From: an uncultured Gemmatimonadales bacterium
GTDB taxonomy: Bacteria > Gemmatimonadota > Gemmatimonadetes > Gemmatimonadales > GWC2-71-9
Length of the DNA stretch: 64,000 nucleotides
Assembly (NCBI GenBank): GCA_963798915.1
Contig: CAWCVB010000001.1
Location: 270,216 to 334,215 of the forward strand
Reading direction: 5' to 3'
In this document: positions 60,744 through 64,000 of the stretch, in pieces
Layout of the letters: each line of letters starts with the position of its first letter
Position numbering within the stretch: the stretch's first letter is position 1
Program-made: the position numbers and the translations under genes
Notes under the pieces: model-generated
What the model was told of the DNA's origin: nothing
Database searches by the model: none
Seen by the model: the letters and a program-made list of their open reading frames with translations, nothing else

Positions 60744-62868
60744 ATGATCCGCTTCAGGACATTCGGAACGCCGTTTCTCGAGCGCGTCACAGGCGACCGC
60801 CCGCTCCACCTGTGCCTTCAGCCAAAACAGCTCGCCCTGCTGGCGTACCTCTGTGTCGAGGGCTCCACCCGTCCGTCGCGCCGAGACCGCATCATCTATC
60901 TCCTCTGGCCCACGCTGAACCAGGATCGCGCCCGGGCCGCCCTGAGCCAGGCCATCTACCGGCTGCGAAGTGAAGTCGGCTCGGACGCGGTGCTGTGCTC
61001 TGGCCAGGACGAAATTGCCATTGACCGAAGCCGGGTCTGGTGCGACGCGGCCGAGCTGCAGGCATGCCTGGCGGAAGAGCGGTGGGAAGAGGCGCTGCGT
61101 CTGTACGCCGGGGACTTCATGGAAGCTTTTCACCTGGCGCGCGCCCCGGACCTGGAGCGCTGGCTCACGGATCACCGCGAGCGGTTCAGGGAAGCGGTGG
61201 TCGGGGCGGCACTCAGTGCCGCTGAGGACGCGGAAGCGCAGGGCCGCCTTCAGAAGGGCATCGAGCTGCTGCGCCACGCCATCGCCATCTCGCCGATAGA
61301 GGAAGCCGTGGTGCGCCGCCTGCTCCTGTTGCTCGACCGGACTGGCGATCCTGGCGGAGCGTTGCGTCTCTATGAGGACTTTGCCGAGCGTCTCGCCGAT
61401 GAGTACGAGCTGGCACCCGCGCCGGAAACCAGGGAAGCCCTGGCGTCGATCCAGGCAAGACTGAAGACAACCTCCAATGACCCGGACCAGGACAAGGCGC
61501 GACCGATACGCTCATTGGCCGTGCTCTCGTTCCGCGCGATGGGAGAGCGGAGCGACGGCGACCTGTTCGCGGTTGGGCTCCCGGAAGAGATCCTCGAACG
61601 CCCTGAGCCGGATCGCCGGGCTCAGGGTCATTGCCGGAAGCTCGTCCTTTCGCTTCCTGAGCGGAGACCATGACGCACAGGAGATCAGCCGGCGCCTTGG
61701 CGTGGACGCGGTGGTGGAGGGCAGCGTGCAGGTGGAAGGCAGCAACGCGCGCATCCATGTTCGCCTGGTCGGCGGCGAGGACGGCGCGCTGCTCTGGTCG
61801 CGAACGTACGGCCGGCAGCTCTCCACCCGTGACCTCTTCGCGGCCCAGGAGGCCGTGGCTCGCGCCATCACGAACGCCATCAGGATCGAGCTGGATCCCG
61901 CCGCGAGTGAGCGCCTCAGCTGGGAGCCGACGGAGAACCTGGAGGCGTATGGGCTATGCCTGCGCGGGCGCCATGCCTGGTCGCGGCGTTCTCCGGAAGC
62001 GCTGCAGGAGGCGGAACGACTCTTTCGCGGCTCAATCGAAAGCGATCCCGGCTACGCGGCCGCCTGGTCGGGGCTGGCGGATACGCTGACGCTCCTGCCG
62101 CTCTTTGCGCAGGTGGACCGGGCCAGGTCGCAGCGTGAAGCCAGGGAGGCTGCGTGCCGGGCGGTCGAACTCGACGAGGGTTCGGCGCAGGCACATGCGT
62201 CGTTTGCGCGCAGCCTCGAATCGGAGCGGCGCCGTGAGGAATCCGGCAGGGAATTTCGCCGAGCCCTCCAGCTCAATCCCAACTATGCCACCGCGCGGCA
62301 CTGGTACGCCGACCATCTGCTCCGAGTCGGGAGTTCCGGCGAAGCGCTGCTGGAAATCGAGCGGGCCATCCGGCTCGATCCACTCTCGCCCGCCGTCCGG
62401 ATGGGCCACGCATTCCTTCTCTACAAGCTGCGCCAGTACCAACGCGCCATCGAGTCCGCACGGGAGGCCATGACGATGGAGTTCGCCGCAGAAGGCGCCC
62501 ACCTGGTACTGGCGTTTGCGCAGGCAGAAGCTGGCGACCCGTGGCAGGCGGTGGAGACGTGCAACCGATTCCTCCGCGAGTTTCCTGATGCGCTGCGAGG
62601 CCCGGGGGCACTGGCGTATGCTCTGGCGCGAGCCGGCGCCGAGGAGCGCGCCGGGACGGTGCTGCGCACGGGGTTGCTTGCGGGTGCTGAGCCCCTCATG
62701 CTGGGTGCCGCTCTGGTGACCCTTGGCAAGTTCGATGAGGCATTTCATTGCCTGGCGCGTGCCGACTGGGACACCATCAACATTGACATGGTCGCCCATT
62801 CCGCTGCGTTTGACCCGCTCCGCGCCGATCCCCGTTTTCAGGTGCTCCGCGAACAGCTTGGGATATAA
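60744..62868 (+). CDS. Soluble SARP-type regulator: wHTH-BTAD / TolB_N-like / TPR, one frameshift at ~61595
   Basis: FRTFG..QPKQLALLAYL..RRD..LWP..ARAALSQA, LYAGDFM, APETR, SLAVLSF..GLPEEIL/NALSRIAGLRV..VVEGSV and TPRs. No TM helix seen. Confidence 0.88.
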
Positions 62869-62880
62869 GGAATCCCGCAG

Positions 62881-63708
62881 TTATGCCCGCTGGCAGGACC
62901 GGCGCCCTCCAAAGAATTCGCGCTTCAGGCTCCCATTGAGCAACCGGACCTTGGCGGCATTGCGCAGCACCTCGCGGGGCCGCACGAGCGCCACGGCATT
63001 CAGGAAGTAGGTGCGGAGGAGACTGGGTGCCGCACTGTGTGATCCGACGTGCGCCACGCGATAGACGGCGCCGCGGAACGGCAGCGGCGCCAGCGGCGTG
63101 CCGCCTTCGGCGAGGATGCCGGCAATCCGGACATGGCTTCCCAGCATGGTCTTGATCCAGTCCGCGGAGGCGTCTTCAAACCGCTCAGGCAGGCCGTAAA
63201 GGTCCGACCGGATGATCAATGAGGTTCCGCACAGCCGATTGAAGTCGTCGTGCTCCAGCAGCAGCTTGCCGCCATCGTTCCATATGTAGCCCTGATCGAT
63301 CTTCCATCCATTGGCGCTCGGATGTGCGGAGACATGCTCGGCAATCTTGCCGCTCACGAAGTCATCATCGTCGACGATCATGAAATACCGGCTGTCGCGC
63401 GCCCGCAACATTCCCTTGAGGACGCGGCGGCCCTTGTCGAACCGGAACGCCTCGTAGAAATCCTCCTCGTCGGCGCCGTTGCGTTCGTGCAGGTCATTGG
63501 GGGGAAAGGTCACCCGCTCGACGTCAAAGCGTTCCGGGAGATCAGGCAGGTCGGCATGCTCATTGGCCACTACAATGCCGCGCCAATCGTCGATGGTCTG
63601 GTTCGCGATCGACGCCGCAGTCTGGGCGAGGTTCGCCCCGAGTGCGCTCCAGTCCCGGGCGTTGTCCTGGTGACGGACCGGGATGATGAAGGTCAGGAGG
63701 GGCGTCAT
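62881..63708 (-). CDS. pssJ: Glycosyltransferase, Rhizobium PssJ (galactosyltransferase)-like
   Basis: TFIIPVRHQDNARDW, DKGRRV, MIVDDDDFVS (DxD), CGTS and MLGSH. The family call is from recall. Confidence 0.7.
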   Translation of the reverse strand: MTPLLTFIIPVRHQDNARDWSALGANLAQTAASIANQTIDDWRGIVVANEHADLPDLPERFDVERVTFPPNDLHERNGADEEDFYEAFRFDKGRRVLKGMLRARDSRYFMIVDDDDFVSGKIAEHVSAHPSANGWKIDQGYIWNDGGKLLLEHDDFNRLCGTSLIIRSDLYGLPERFEDASADWIKTMLGSHVRIAGILAEGGTPLAPLPFRGAVYRVAHVGSHSAAPSLLRTYFLNAVALVRPREVLRNAAKVRLLNGSLKREFFGGRRSCQRA

Positions 63709-64000
63709 TCAGCGGCTCCGAGACTCGCCTGCTGGCGCGCCCATGCAATGCCATCGTCGAGCGAGGTCGCAAGATAGGACAGGTCGGTGCCGCCCGAAAA
63801 TGCAGCCATGAAGTTCCGCACCTTGCCATAGCTGTTGTCGAGGACTGCGTGGGGCCGGCCGAGCAGGAGCGAGACGATATGAACGTGCAGGCGATCGGTG
63901 ACGATTGCACGCCCGCGCGAGAGCTGCCTGGTGCGACACGTCGGAAGCGCTGACGCGCTGCTGCATCCAGCATGCGGAGCCGCCTCGCGGCCGGGTCAAA
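63705..64000 (-). CDS. Polysaccharide pyruvyltransferase (PssK/EpsI-like), 3' part only, frameshift at ~63935
   Basis: Hand translation gives QLSRGRAIVTDRLHVHIVSLLLGRPHAVLDNSYGKV. ATGA overlap with the glycosyltransferase. Confidence 0.8.

Overview
GC-rich bacterial DNA whose gene content and lipoprotein style suggest Gemmatimonadota (inferred, not searched). Frequent 1-bp indels inside otherwise intact genes point to an imperfectly polished long-read assembly. Positions 1-30 kb look like core genome. They carry lipoate ligase, many exported peptidases and amidases (two M28, penicillin acylase, serine hydrolase, CocE/NonD) plus cytoplasmic M24 and PepE, a deoxyhypusine-synthase-like/LOG/kynureninase-like block, and an ndh-queG-...-kynA-yfiT-mgtC operon. 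Many intergenic spaces here hold 7-9-bp tandem micro-repeats, often as inverted pairs, and several REP-like palindrome families. Positions 30-45 kb hold a Cys-rich lipoprotein, an SH3-ComEC-type metallohydrolase, Smr, an M1 peptidase, a GH3-PA14 glycosidase, an ECF sigma/anti-sigma/DUF4097 cassette, a MITE-like repeat family and an IS110 remnant inside one copy of that repeat. Positions 45.4-62.9 kb are nearly free of micro-repeats and are bracketed by two SARP/BTAD-TolB_N-TPR regulators. Each regulator is divergent from lipoprotein gene(s) and has 11-bp-phased GGTGA(C/G) boxes in its intergenic gap. This regulator/operator/lipoprotein-cargo arrangement is the best candidate for an undescribed system. 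The window ends in Rhizobium pssJ/pssK-like exopolysaccharide genes. I saw no rRNA, tRNA, CRISPR-Cas or intact transposase.
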